A DNA stretch of 64,000 bases from an uncultured Nitrososphaerota archaeon (lineage in GTDB: Archaea; Thermoproteota; Nitrososphaeria; Nitrososphaerales; Gagatemarchaeaceae), in the NCBI GenBank assembly GCA_963838925.1, contig CAWISW010000002.1:160001-224000 (forward strand). Reading direction: 5' to 3'. The translations under genes and the position numbers were made by a program. Of this stretch, positions 47,350-56,635 are shown piece after piece. The stretch's first letter is position 1. Each line of letters starts with the position of its first letter. Below the pieces are notes generated by a model. That model saw nothing but the letters and a program-made list of their open reading frames with translations. It made no database searches and had not been told where the DNA came from.

Positions 47350-49038
47350 TTGAACTGGAGAGGTTTGGTGGCCGTAGCACTGGCGGTGGCCCTCGCGCTC
47401 GGATTCCTGCCCATTCACGCGCAGTCTTCGGGCAGCTCCACCTCCGGCGTCGCCACCGTGTCGGTCAACCACTTTTACATCATAACTTCGTACGGATACG
47501 GAGTCCTAAACGACAGCATCACGTTCCACAACAACGGGACTTCGTCTGTGCAGATACCGACGGTGCAGGTCGGGATCCCAAGCAACGTCGCCTCTAGGAC
47601 CGTCGGCGTCGTCGTGAGCCCGAGCGACCAGTTCTCGGTCGCCGTCTCCAAAGGGACCACCAACACGACTCTGACGATCACTCCGACCCAGCCCACCCTT
47701 GGAGCGGGCTCTAACTCCACGGTCGCCCTGAAGGCGGTCCTGAACAACATCATGAACTACACGAACGGCGCCTACACGAACGCCGCCAAGATGCTCGTGC
47801 TCGTCAGCCCGTCTTTGAACGTCAACGTAACCACGATGAAGTCGACGCTCATCCTGCCCACGGGAGGCGCCTTCCAGCAGGCTCCTTCCGGGTTCGCGTC
47901 TCCAGCGGCGAACTCGACGGCGCCAGCCTACACATTGACGCAGAGCGCCCTTCAACCACAGGCGTCGGCGAGATACCTCAACTTCACCGACAACAACCAG
48001 TCGGCGTTTACCCCGCTCATCGTCAACAGCCTCGTCAGGACGATCGTGCCGTCGGCGAACGGCGCTCCGATGGTCGAGGACTACCTTTCGATATACAACG
48101 TCGCGTCCTACAACATAGCGCAGGTGCACCTCTACCTGCTCTACCCTGGCCTGAACGTGGTGACGCTGCTTCCCAACACGGTTCCCCCTCTAGTGAACCC
48201 GCAGCTCATCCAGCTCGGTTCAGGGGAGATCGCCTTCGCGAGCACAAGCATAGCGAGCCCCCTGCTCCCCAACAGCAACATCTCGCTGACGGTCTCCTAT
48301 CCGCTCCCCTCGACCTTGATGAAGCTGACAGGGAACAGCGTGCAGATCACCGTCCCGTACTCGCCCCTCATCGCGGCCCCGGTGACCAACGACAGCATAG
48401 TCCTCGCCCCTGCCAAGGGAACGACCGCGAGCGGGACGACATCCGTGCTTGACAAGACGGTCACCCCCTTCACGCCGGGAAGCATAGTGTTCACCTACTC
48501 CATCAGCGTCGGCTGGGCTGCGGACCAGGCCATCCCGGCCGGGGCATTGATCTTCGCAGTGGCCTTCGCGATGTTCGCGATCCAAAGGCCGTCGGTCAAG
48601 GAGAAGAGGAAGGAGGAGGAGGAAGAGACCCTCGAGACGGGCGACGTCCTGAAGGCCTTCGAAGACAAGACCGGCCTCGAGACCCAGTACATGGAGGAGC
48701 TCTCGTCCGCGACCAAGGGCTCGATCGGGAAGGCGGACTTCGACCGCATGAGGAACGAGGTGACCGACCTGAGGGCGAGGGCCATCCAGAGGCTCACAGA
48801 GCTCAAGGCGGTCCTCGGCTCGGGCAAGCAGTTCGACCTCCTAACGAGGGTCGGCGATGCCGAGAAGGAGGAGGACAGGGCGTTCAGGGACTTGCTCAAC
48901 CTGCACCTGCAGTACCAAGGGAGCAGGATGAACGAGGAGACCTTCAAGAGGCTCCAGCCCACGTACAGGAAGAGGGTGGAGTCAGCGGTCAACCGCCTGT
49001 CTGACCTTCTCCACGAAGTCCAGACCGAAGAGAAGTAG
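47350..49038 (+). CDS. Type I membrane protein, ribophorin I (Ost1/RPN1)-like
   Basis: Signal peptide, two beta-rich luminal domains, LIVNSLVRTIVPSANGAPMVEDYLSIYN motif, single TM, C-terminal helical bundle. Confidence 0.65.
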   Translation: MNWRGLVAVALAVALALGFLPIHAQSSGSSTSGVATVSVNHFYIITSYGYGVLNDSITFHNNGTSSVQIPTVQVGIPSNVASRTVGVVVSPSDQFSVAVSKGTTNTTLTITPTQPTLGAGSNSTVALKAVLNNIMNYTNGAYTNAAKMLVLVSPSLNVNVTTMKSTLILPTGGAFQQAPSGFASPAANSTAPAYTLTQSALQPQASARYLNFTDNNQSAFTPLIVNSLVRTIVPSANGAPMVEDYLSIYNVASYNIAQVHLYLLYPGLNVVTLLPNTVPPLVNPQLIQLGSGEIAFASTSIASPLLPNSNISLTVSYPLPSTLMKLTGNSVQITVPYSPLIAAPVTNDSIVLAPAKGTTASGTTSVLDKTVTPFTPGSIVFTYSISVGWAADQAIPAGALIFAVAFAMFAIQRPSVKEKRKEEEEETLETGDVLKAFEDKTGLETQYMEELSSATKGSIGKADFDRMRNEVTDLRARAIQRLTELKAVLGSGKQFDLLTRVGDAEKEEDRAFRDLLNLHLQYQGSRMNEETFKRLQPTYRKRVESAVNRLSDLLHEVQTEEK

Positions 49039-49060
49039 CGCCAGAGGCGTCTCTCGGCTT

Positions 49061-50002
49061 CTAGCCGCTCGAGCTCACGAATATCGGGCTGCTCGTCTTG
49101 CTGGAGGCGAGCACGGCCTCGGCTATCCTCGTTACCATGAGGCCGTCCTTCCCGGTCACGAGGGGCTGCCTCTTCTCCGAGATGGCGGCCGCGAACTCCT
49201 TGAGCTCTAGCATGAGTGGCTCTTGGAAGGTGTGCTTCGGGACCTTCGTCCCCGACTCCTCGTGAACCTGTATCTCCTGGGAGATGAAGTCGAGGGTCAC
49301 CACGGCCTTCTCGAACACCGCGCTGAGCTGCCTCACCCTGCTCGGGGTCACCCAGTTCGTGGTGATGAAGGCCGTCCTCTCGTCGCCGAACCCCAGCAGG
49401 ATCGTCGCGAAGTCCTCGTTCTTGCCCATAACGCTGCCTACCCGCGCGTAGACGGTCTTGGGCTCCTCCCCGAAGAGCCACCTCGCCGTGTCGATGTCGT
49501 GGACCGAGGCGTCCTTCACAACTCCAACGTCAACTATGTTCTCGCCCCTCCGGTTCTCGCGGTGATACTCGAAGAGTATCGGCCTTCCCAGGGTGCCGTT
49601 GGTTATCATCTTCTTCAGCTCAGTGATCGCGGGGTTGAACCTCTCGATGAACCCCACCGTGAGGATCTTGCGCGCCTTCTCAGCCTCCTTGATCAGGTCC
49701 TGGGCCTCCTTCACCGTGCTGGTCATGGGCTTCTCGACGAACGTGTTGACGCCCGCCCTGAGGGTCTTGGATGCGATCGCGAAGTGGGTGGAAGCGGGCG
49801 TGCAGATCGTGACGCCCTCAGGCCTCTCCTTGCCCAGCATCTCGTCGACGTCCGAGTATGCCTTCACGCGGTACTTCTCGGCGTACAACGCCGCCCTCGA
49901 CGCATCAAGGTCGCAGACCGCGACCAGGTGCCCGAGCTCGCTGAGCACCCGCACGTGGTTCTTCCCCCAGCCGCCGGTGCCAATCACTGCGATCCTAGCC
50001 AT
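49061..50002 (-). CDS. Gfo/Idh/MocA oxidoreductase (nucleotide-sugar 3-dehydrogenase-like)
   Basis: GTGGWG, VEKP, VGFIERFNP, DASVHDID. Confidence 0.9.
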   Translation of the reverse strand: MARIAVIGTGGWGKNHVRVLSELGHLVAVCDLDASRAALYAEKYRVKAYSDVDEMLGKERPEGVTICTPASTHFAIASKTLRAGVNTFVEKPMTSTVKEAQDLIKEAEKARKILTVGFIERFNPAITELKKMITNGTLGRPILFEYHRENRRGENIVDVGVVKDASVHDIDTARWLFGEEPKTVYARVGSVMGKNEDFATILLGFGDERTAFITTNWVTPSRVRQLSAVFEKAVVTLDFISQEIQVHEESGTKVPKHTFQEPLMLELKEFAAAISEKRQPLVTGKDGLMVTRIAEAVLASSKTSSPIFVSSSG

Positions 50003-50054
50003 GGGAATACGTTCGAAGTCGTCTTCCGGGCGGTTTTAACGGTTTATGGCGCCG

Positions 50055-51212
50055 TCACGCCCTGCTCATCCCGGTCGTGGCCTTGAGTATGGTGATCTCG
50101 GAGCTCCTGAAGCTCTTCTTCAGGCCTTTGAACCACTCAAAGTCGGCGGGGGTGCAGACTATCGCGACGCTGTGCTTGTAGCTGTCTATGAGGTCGTCCG
50201 GCCTGGCCCTGGAGTCGACCTGCCTCACGTCGGAGACGTAGTCCCTCAGCTTCTGGGTCAGCGACTGCGCCGTCGAAAGCCTGTCCGCGCGCATCTCGTA
50301 CCTGTCCGCTGACCACGCGACGAGCACCCTGGTCCTGCTCGCCTTGAGCTGCAGCTCCCTCAGGAGGTCTCTGGTCTCCTCGACCACGTATCTCTCGTAG
50401 TTCTCAAGGCTCTTCACTGCCGCACCCGCGAGGTAGGTTATCGGTTCCCCGACGTCCTCGCTCGACTGGATCGCCGTCAAGTCGAAGACCAGGGAGGCAA
50501 GCTGATCGATGTATCTCTCGTTCTCAGGCCCCCGTGGCACCTTCAGCTCGCGGGCCTTCCTCATCAGCTCGACGTCCGCCGCCATGGACGTGCAAGTCGC
50601 GAGAACCTTGGAGATGTACTCTAGCTCGAGGCTCGCGACCCCCTCGTAGACGGTCTTGAAGCCTAGGTCCTCCAGCGAAGCGAAGTCCTTCGAGGCTGAC
50701 TTCTCGCCCAGGACAGCCACGGGGTTCGCGGCGGCGGCGGCCTCCCCTCCCGCGCTCGGCTGGGGGGCTGCGGGGCAGTAGGCGTAGTTGATCCTCTCGC
50801 CGACCTTCATGCCAGTGTGCTTCTCGAGGAGCGCGACGTTGTCCGCGTTCCCTCCCACGCCCGTCGGGAGGAGGTTGATGACGGTCGAGCCGCTCGAGGC
50901 GTACTTCGCGACGTCCCTCAGCTTCCCGCTCGCCTCTATTACAGACTCGTCCCCCACCTTCTTCAGCTTAGGAGCGAAGACGACGACCTCGGCCTCCGAG
51001 AGCACCTGCGAGACGGGCTTGAGCCCCATCAGCATCTCGTCCCCGACGAGGTCTTGCACCGTCTTGTGCGACTTCACCATACCTGGCTCTAGGTCCATTG
51101 CCATCTGGAGAGTCTCGTCGACCAGGGTGACCACCGCCTTCTCGATGAGACGGACTGCCACGGAGTAACCTTCGCTTGTAAGACCGTATACCGCGACCTT
51201 CGGCTTTGGCAA
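50055..51212 (-). CDS. Degenerate UDP-sugar 6-dehydrogenase-like protein
   Basis: VAVYGLTSEG in place of GLGYVG, LEKHTG...YAYCP; no GGxC catalytic motif visible. Confidence 0.6.
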   Translation of the reverse strand: MPKPKVAVYGLTSEGYSVAVRLIEKAVVTLVDETLQMAMDLEPGMVKSHKTVQDLVGDEMLMGLKPVSQVLSEAEVVVFAPKLKKVGDESVIEASGKLRDVAKYASSGSTVINLLPTGVGGNADNVALLEKHTGMKVGERINYAYCPAAPQPSAGGEAAAAANPVAVLGEKSASKDFASLEDLGFKTVYEGVASLELEYISKVLATCTSMAADVELMRKARELKVPRGPENERYIDQLASLVFDLTAIQSSEDVGEPITYLAGAAVKSLENYERYVVEETRDLLRELQLKASRTRVLVAWSADRYEMRADRLSTAQSLTQKLRDYVSDVRQVDSRARPDDLIDSYKHSVAIVCTPADFEWFKGLKKSFRSSEITILKATTGMSRA

Positions 51213-51320
51213 AATTGTGAGAGCTCTGCGCCCGCATCTTCCATCCTAGAGATTATAGACTTTCGATTGCCGCCATCACGGTTGTCTTTTTATGACGTGA
51301 GTCGCGAGCAGCCATTGGCC

Positions 51321-52382
51321 ATGCGCTTCTGGGTGGACCTCTTGACGCCGAAACAGGTGCTCTTCTTTCGGCCAGTCATCGAGAGCCTGCGGAAGGATGG
51401 GCACGAGGTACTCGCCACGTCGAGGAGGTACAGGGAGGTGGAGCAGCTCGCGTCCATGCTCGGCGTCGAGCTCTCTTTCGTGGGCGCGAGGGGAGGCAAG
51501 GACCCTCTCGGGCAGCTCAAGATGAGCCTCGAGAGGATGGAGCAGCTCCTCCCCATTGCCGTGGGCTTCTCCCCGGACGCCTCAGTCTCGGTCGCCTCAG
51601 CGGACTGCGCCAGGATCTCATTCGGCCTGAGGGTCAAGCACGTCGCGGTGAACGACTCCCCTCACTCCGTCGTCGCAGGGAAGCTCTCGCTCCCTCTCTC
51701 GCACCATGTGATCACCCCGTGGATTATACCGTTCTCAGCCTGGTCGCCTTTCGGCGTCTCCAGGGAACAAGTGAGCCGGTACAAGGCGCTCGACCCCGCC
51801 GCATGGCTCAAGCGGAGGGTTGGAGGCTTACCCCGTAGGAAGGCGAGGAAAGGCGACAAGGCCACCATCCTCGTGAGGCTAGAAGAGTCGTACGCGCCGT
51901 ACCTCGCAGGCAGCGACGAGTCATGGTCGGAAAGGGTGCTCACGAGGCTCGCCCTCGACTTCAAGGGGCACGAGCTCGTCGCACTCTGCAGGTATGAGGA
52001 CCAGCTCGAGAGCGTGAGGAAGAAGTTTGGAGCCTCCTTCAAAGTCCCCCAAGACGCGGTGGACGGGGCAAGCCTGATCGAGCGCTCAGACGTCTTCGTC
52101 GGGATGGGGGGGACGATGACCACGGAATCTGCGCTGCTGGGCGTCCCCGCTGTTTCGGCCTTCCAGGGCGCCGAGCTCTACACAGAGAGGTACCTCCTCT
52201 CAAAGAGGCTGCTCATGAAGGCCAAGAGCCCGACCGAAGTCTCGAGGTGCGTTAGAGCCTCCTTGGACCCCCGCTACAGGGACGGCTATCGCAAGAGGGG
52301 GCGCGCGCTCCTGAACTGGATGGATGACCCCGCAGCAAAGGTGGTCGATTACATATCGACTCTCGTTCGTGCCTCAAGCTAG
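51321..52382 (+). CDS. DUF354 family GT-B-like protein
   Basis: WVDLLTPKQ, GGTMTTESALLGVP; start ATG 51321. Confidence 0.9.
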   Translation: MRFWVDLLTPKQVLFFRPVIESLRKDGHEVLATSRRYREVEQLASMLGVELSFVGARGGKDPLGQLKMSLERMEQLLPIAVGFSPDASVSVASADCARISFGLRVKHVAVNDSPHSVVAGKLSLPLSHHVITPWIIPFSAWSPFGVSREQVSRYKALDPAAWLKRRVGGLPRRKARKGDKATILVRLEESYAPYLAGSDESWSERVLTRLALDFKGHELVALCRYEDQLESVRKKFGASFKVPQDAVDGASLIERSDVFVGMGGTMTTESALLGVPAVSAFQGAELYTERYLLSKRLLMKAKSPTEVSRCVRASLDPRYRDGYRKRGRALLNWMDDPAAKVVDYISTLVRASS

Positions 52383-52484
52383 GCCGTCTTATTGCGGCTC
52401 TATACTTCGCGTTGTGCTCAATATATCTCATCGATAACCAATAAATCAAGAATTCGCGGAATCAGAATTCGAGTGAAAAGAATA

Positions 52485-52787
52485 ATGGAAAACCTTGTAA
52501 TGAGAGGGCATGAAGAGGAAGATGACGGGCTCGACGCAAAGAAGTTTCCGATAATGAGGACGCTCGCGAGGTTCCACGAGTGCGACGCGGAGACCCTCTA
52601 CAGCAGGGTCGACGCCAGCGAGCTCGATGTCCACGACATCCTGGTGGAGATGGTCTCGAAGAACGAGGTCGAGTCGTCGCCGAGGACGCAGTCAGAATCG
52701 CGACGCACCGAAAAATTCACCCTGACTCTGAAAGGCTGGGGCGAGTACATGAAGGTCCTGGGCTCGATCTACGAACTCCCGGAGTAG
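52485..52787 (+). CDS. Small winged-helix protein
   Basis: Helix-turn-helix-like core, then wing KFTLTLKG; start ATG 52485 or 52500. Confidence 0.6.
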   Translation: MENLVMRGHEEEDDGLDAKKFPIMRTLARFHECDAETLYSRVDASELDVHDILVEMVSKNEVESSPRTQSESRRTEKFTLTLKGWGEYMKVLGSIYELPE

Positions 52788-52983
52788 TCAAGAACCTGCC
52801 TTCCGACCGACCTAGCATTCCTTCCTTTCGCTTTTCATGCCGTTGTTGCTTGAAACGCGAAAGAGTTGCGCTGAGGCGTCCCACATGATTTATATCGCAA
52901 TCTGGTTCGACGGTGAAACATATGCTCTCGCGCGGAGAAGCACGCTCATGAAAGACATCACATTCCCGGGCCTGTGCTAGCGC

Positions 52984-53481
52984 ATGGACCTTTACATCTT
53001 GCGACACGCGGAGGCCGGAAAGAGGCTGCCAGCGCAGGCCAGGGACGTGGAACGGTCGCTCACCGCCGAGGGAAAGGAGGAGCTCGAAGACGTCGCGAGG
53101 GCTCTCTCCAGAATGAAGCTGCGGCCCGACCACATCATCACCAGCCCGCTGAAGCGCTCGCGGGAGTCGGCGAACATAGTCGCGAAGTCCCTGAAGGAGC
53201 GGGACAAGGTCGAGATATGGGACGAGCTAAAGCCTGAGGGGAGCAAGCAGGAGCTCTACAAACGGCTCTCGAAACTGAAGCCAGAGAGCATCGTCCTCTG
53301 CGTAGGCCATGAGCCGTACCTCTCTCAGACGATCAACGAGGTCATGGGCCATCAGGGCCTGCCCAGGATCGTACTCAGGAAATGCGGTCTCGCCCGGCTC
53401 TCGGTAAAGGCCTTCAATCCGAAGATTGAGGGAGAATTAAGATGGTTGTTGACACCAAGGCTCCTGAAGCGGATGTCGTAG
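52984..53481 (+). CDS. sixA: Phosphohistidine phosphatase SixA
   Basis: LRHAEA, TSPLKR, VGHEP. Confidence 0.92.
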   Translation: MDLYILRHAEAGKRLPAQARDVERSLTAEGKEELEDVARALSRMKLRPDHIITSPLKRSRESANIVAKSLKERDKVEIWDELKPEGSKQELYKRLSKLKPESIVLCVGHEPYLSQTINEVMGHQGLPRIVLRKCGLARLSVKAFNPKIEGELRWLLTPRLLKRMS

Positions 53482-55034
53482 GCTACGGCCCTGAGGGGCT
53501 CGGTCCCTCCACCGGCTTCACGGCCTCCGTCTTGGACCTCGGGTTCAACTCTGCGAAGCTCGCCACATACCACGTGAACGGCAGGACGAGCTACAGGATA
53601 ATCTCCCAGGAGGACGCCAAGGTCAAGCTTGGGGAGGAGCTGGACGAGACCGGGTTCCTAGCAGTCCCACCCATCGAGAGGACCCTGAGGGTACTCAAGA
53701 TGTTCAGGGAGATAGTAGACTTCGAGTCTCCCCGTCACATCCTACCTGTGGCTACGAGCGCAGTCAGAGAGGCCGCCAACAAGGCAGAGTTCCTCCACCT
53801 TGCCGAGGAGACTTCAAAGTTCAAGTTTCGGGTCCTTTCCGAGCAGGAGGAGGCTCTCCTCTCATACTTCGGCGCCGTCTTGGCGCTCCGCATACCGACG
53901 GGAGTCTTCTTCGACCTAGGCGGAGGGACCCTTGCGATAGTCTATGCCGAGGATTTCAAGGTCAAGAAGGTCCTCTGCCTCCCGTTGGGGGCCCGTCGCC
54001 TCTCCTACCTCTACGGCAACCCCAAGAAGGGCGGCCTCTTCCTCAGGAAGGACTACGAAAGGATGAAGGACCACATAGTCGAGCTCCTTCCCAACAGGAA
54101 GGAACTTCGTCTGGCGAAGAAGACCAAGCTCGTCGGCGTGGGAGGCACGGTCAGGGCGCTGGCGAGCTATCATGCTGACCGGTCGAAGTACCCATTCGAG
54201 AAGCTCCACAACTACGTGATGGACTACGACGAGGTGGCGTGGACGACGTCCCAGTTCTACAGGATGAAGAGGCGCCAGATGAAGTCCCTCCGCTCGATGG
54301 GCCAAGCCAGGGCAGAGACGATGGCAGCCGGCTCGTGCGTCGTGAGACTGCTGATGAAGAACCTCGGAATCTCAGAGCTGGTGTCGAGCACCCACGGGCT
54401 GCGCGAGGGCACCCTCTCGCTCTTCCTGCACGACCATCGCTGGTTCAACGCCCGCAGCTTCGAGCCGTCCACCATAGACCGCCAACTCAGTTCGGCGGGC
54501 AGGGTGTGGAGGACCACTTGGGAACGCCACGTCAGCGAGATCTTCACCGCGCGCATGATCAACGAATACGAGTACTCCCTTCTCCTCGAGTCGCTCCAGA
54601 TCGTGAAGAACGCCCCCCAGGCCGCCGACCTAAAGGCGCGGTTCCACGAGCTCATGGGAGTCGACTCGCCGCTCAGCCATGTAGACCAGCTGAGGATCGC
54701 GATATCGATAATCTTCGCTGGCAGCGGGAGCTACGCGAACGTCCTGGCGGATGAGTTCAGCCCTCCGCTGAGGCGGAAGGACAAGGAGACGATCAAGAGG
54801 CTCTCGGCGGCATACCGACTGCTCGAGCTGCTCGAAATGATGAGAGCCCGACTCTCGATCACCGGCACTGCTACCTCGGGGAGGCCAGTCAAGATGGAGC
54901 TCACCGTCCGCGGGGCCTACGCCGAGGAGCTATTGGCCCGCGCCGTCTCCACGGTCAGAGACGAATTTAAGATGGACATAGACTACTCCGTGATCAAGGA
55001 GCGCAAGCTGGCCCCCTTGGAGTTGCAGAGATGA
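53442..55034 (+). CDS. ppx: Exopolyphosphatase Ppx/GppA family
   Basis: DLGFNS, VATSAVREAAN, EQEEA, DLGGGT, GVGGTVR, GLREG. Confidence 0.9.
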   Translation: MVVDTKAPEADVVGYGPEGLGPSTGFTASVLDLGFNSAKLATYHVNGRTSYRIISQEDAKVKLGEELDETGFLAVPPIERTLRVLKMFREIVDFESPRHILPVATSAVREAANKAEFLHLAEETSKFKFRVLSEQEEALLSYFGAVLALRIPTGVFFDLGGGTLAIVYAEDFKVKKVLCLPLGARRLSYLYGNPKKGGLFLRKDYERMKDHIVELLPNRKELRLAKKTKLVGVGGTVRALASYHADRSKYPFEKLHNYVMDYDEVAWTTSQFYRMKRRQMKSLRSMGQARAETMAAGSCVVRLLMKNLGISELVSSTHGLREGTLSLFLHDHRWFNARSFEPSTIDRQLSSAGRVWRTTWERHVSEIFTARMINEYEYSLLLESLQIVKNAPQAADLKARFHELMGVDSPLSHVDQLRIAISIIFAGSGSYANVLADEFSPPLRRKDKETIKRLSAAYRLLELLEMMRARLSITGTATSGRPVKMELTVRGAYAEELLARAVSTVRDEFKMDIDYSVIKERKLAPLELQR

Positions 55035-55041
55035 TCTCAAC

Positions 55042-55830
55042 ATGATTTCACAGACTAGACGCGCTGTCAACGGCGGGGCGAAGAGCCGCGGGACCGGCGC
55101 GAGCGCTCTGGCCGCGACCACGCGGAGGAGGAGGCGGACCGACGCAGCTTGGGACGCCGCGGCGGGAAGGCTCATCGCAGTCGAAGGGGTCGACGGCTCA
55201 GGGAAGTCGACCCAGCTCCACCTCCTAGAGCAGTGGCTGCGGCACCAGAACCTCAAGGTCTTCAAGACCGAGTGGAATTCGTCCGAGACGGTCAAAGAGA
55301 TCACCTCGCGGGGCAAGAAGAAGGGCCTTCTCACCCCTACCACCTTCAGCCTGCTCCACGCGACGGACTTCGCCGACAGATACGAGCGGAACATCCTCCC
55401 CCTCCTAGAGGCGGGTTACTTCGTCCTCGCGGACAGGTATGTCTTCACAGCCTACGCGAGGGACATCGTCCGAGGCTGCCACCCCGGCTGGGTGAGGAAG
55501 ATCTACAGCTACGCCGCGAAGCCCGACCTCACCTTGTACTTCAGGGTGCCCGTGGACGTGGCCGTCTCGAGGATCCTCGCGGGAAGGCCGAAGCTAAAGT
55601 ACTACGAGGCGGGCATGGACATGAACCTGTCCAACGACCCGTACGAGAGCTACAGGATCTTCCAGGGCAGGATAGTCGAGCAGTACGAGTCCATGGTCGA
55701 AAGCGAGGGGCTCGTCGCCATCGACGCCAACAGGGGAATAGAGGAGCAGCAGGTCGAGGTCAGAGCGCGGGTGACCAAGCTGTTTGGAGAACGAGGGATA
55801 GGTCCCATTGCGACGGGGGCTTCGAGATAG
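55042..55830 (+). CDS. Thymidylate-kinase-like protein, putative PPK3 catalytic-type subunit
   Basis: EGVDGSGKST Walker A, ADRY, YYEAGMD; polyphosphate gene context. Confidence 0.8.
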   Translation: MISQTRRAVNGGAKSRGTGASALAATTRRRRRTDAAWDAAAGRLIAVEGVDGSGKSTQLHLLEQWLRHQNLKVFKTEWNSSETVKEITSRGKKKGLLTPTTFSLLHATDFADRYERNILPLLEAGYFVLADRYVFTAYARDIVRGCHPGWVRKIYSYAAKPDLTLYFRVPVDVAVSRILAGRPKLKYYEAGMDMNLSNDPYESYRIFQGRIVEQYESMVESEGLVAIDANRGIEEQQVEVRARVTKLFGERGIGPIATGASR

Positions 55831-55831
55831 C

Positions 55832-56635
55832 ATGTCCAACGAAAGTCCCGAGCTGGATGACGACGACCAGGCCGCTGTGCCCAGGCCGTACTCATCCCCC
55901 TCCCTGAAGCCTCGCTCCCCTGTAGGGAGTGAGGCCGGCAAGCGCAAGATGAAGTTCTACGGCCACGGCATGCCGTATCTGAAAGACCTCGAGGTGAAAG
56001 GCCACCTCATCGTCATCGAAGGGCCCGATGCCTCCGGGAGGAGCACTCACACGCAGTCGATACAAGCCAAGCTGGAGGCCGACGGCCACGCCGTCCTTGG
56101 CACCGGACTGAAGCGCTCAGAGCTCATCAGCGAGGGTATCATCGAGGCCAAGGGGAACTTGGGCGTTGGAAAGCGCACCCTCTCGCTCTTCTACGCCGCT
56201 GATTTCGCCGACCAGTTGGAGAACAAGATAATACCCGCGCTCGAGGCGGGATACGTAGTCCTAGCCGACCGTTACATCTACACCTTGATCGCTAGGAACA
56301 ACGTGAGGGGAATCGAGCGGCGCTGGTCGAGGAGCCTCTTTGGGTTCACCCTTGTGCCCGACCTGATCTTCTACCTCGACGTCAAGCCAGAGGAGCTCGT
56401 CCACCGCGTGTTTCAGAAGAACTCCATACTGGACTACTACGAGTCGGGGATGGACATAGGGCTCTCTGACGACATGTACAAGTCCTTCCTCATCTACCAG
56501 GGGAAGATGGCTAAGGAATTCGAGAGGATGAAGAAGCTCTTCGGCCTCCAGTTCATCGACGGGAACCGACCCATCGAGCAGGTCGACGCGGACCTCCAGG
56601 CGCGCATCGACGGATTCCTCAACCGCGCGAGATGA
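55832..56635 (+). CDS. Thymidylate-kinase-like paralog with degenerate Walker A, putative PPK3 regulatory-type subunit
   Basis: EGPDASGRST (K to R), ADRY, YYESGMD. Confidence 0.8.
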   Translation: MSNESPELDDDDQAAVPRPYSSPSLKPRSPVGSEAGKRKMKFYGHGMPYLKDLEVKGHLIVIEGPDASGRSTHTQSIQAKLEADGHAVLGTGLKRSELISEGIIEAKGNLGVGKRTLSLFYAADFADQLENKIIPALEAGYVVLADRYIYTLIARNNVRGIERRWSRSLFGFTLVPDLIFYLDVKPEELVHRVFQKNSILDYYESGMDIGLSDDMYKSFLIYQGKMAKEFERMKKLFGLQFIDGNRPIEQVDADLQARIDGFLNRAR

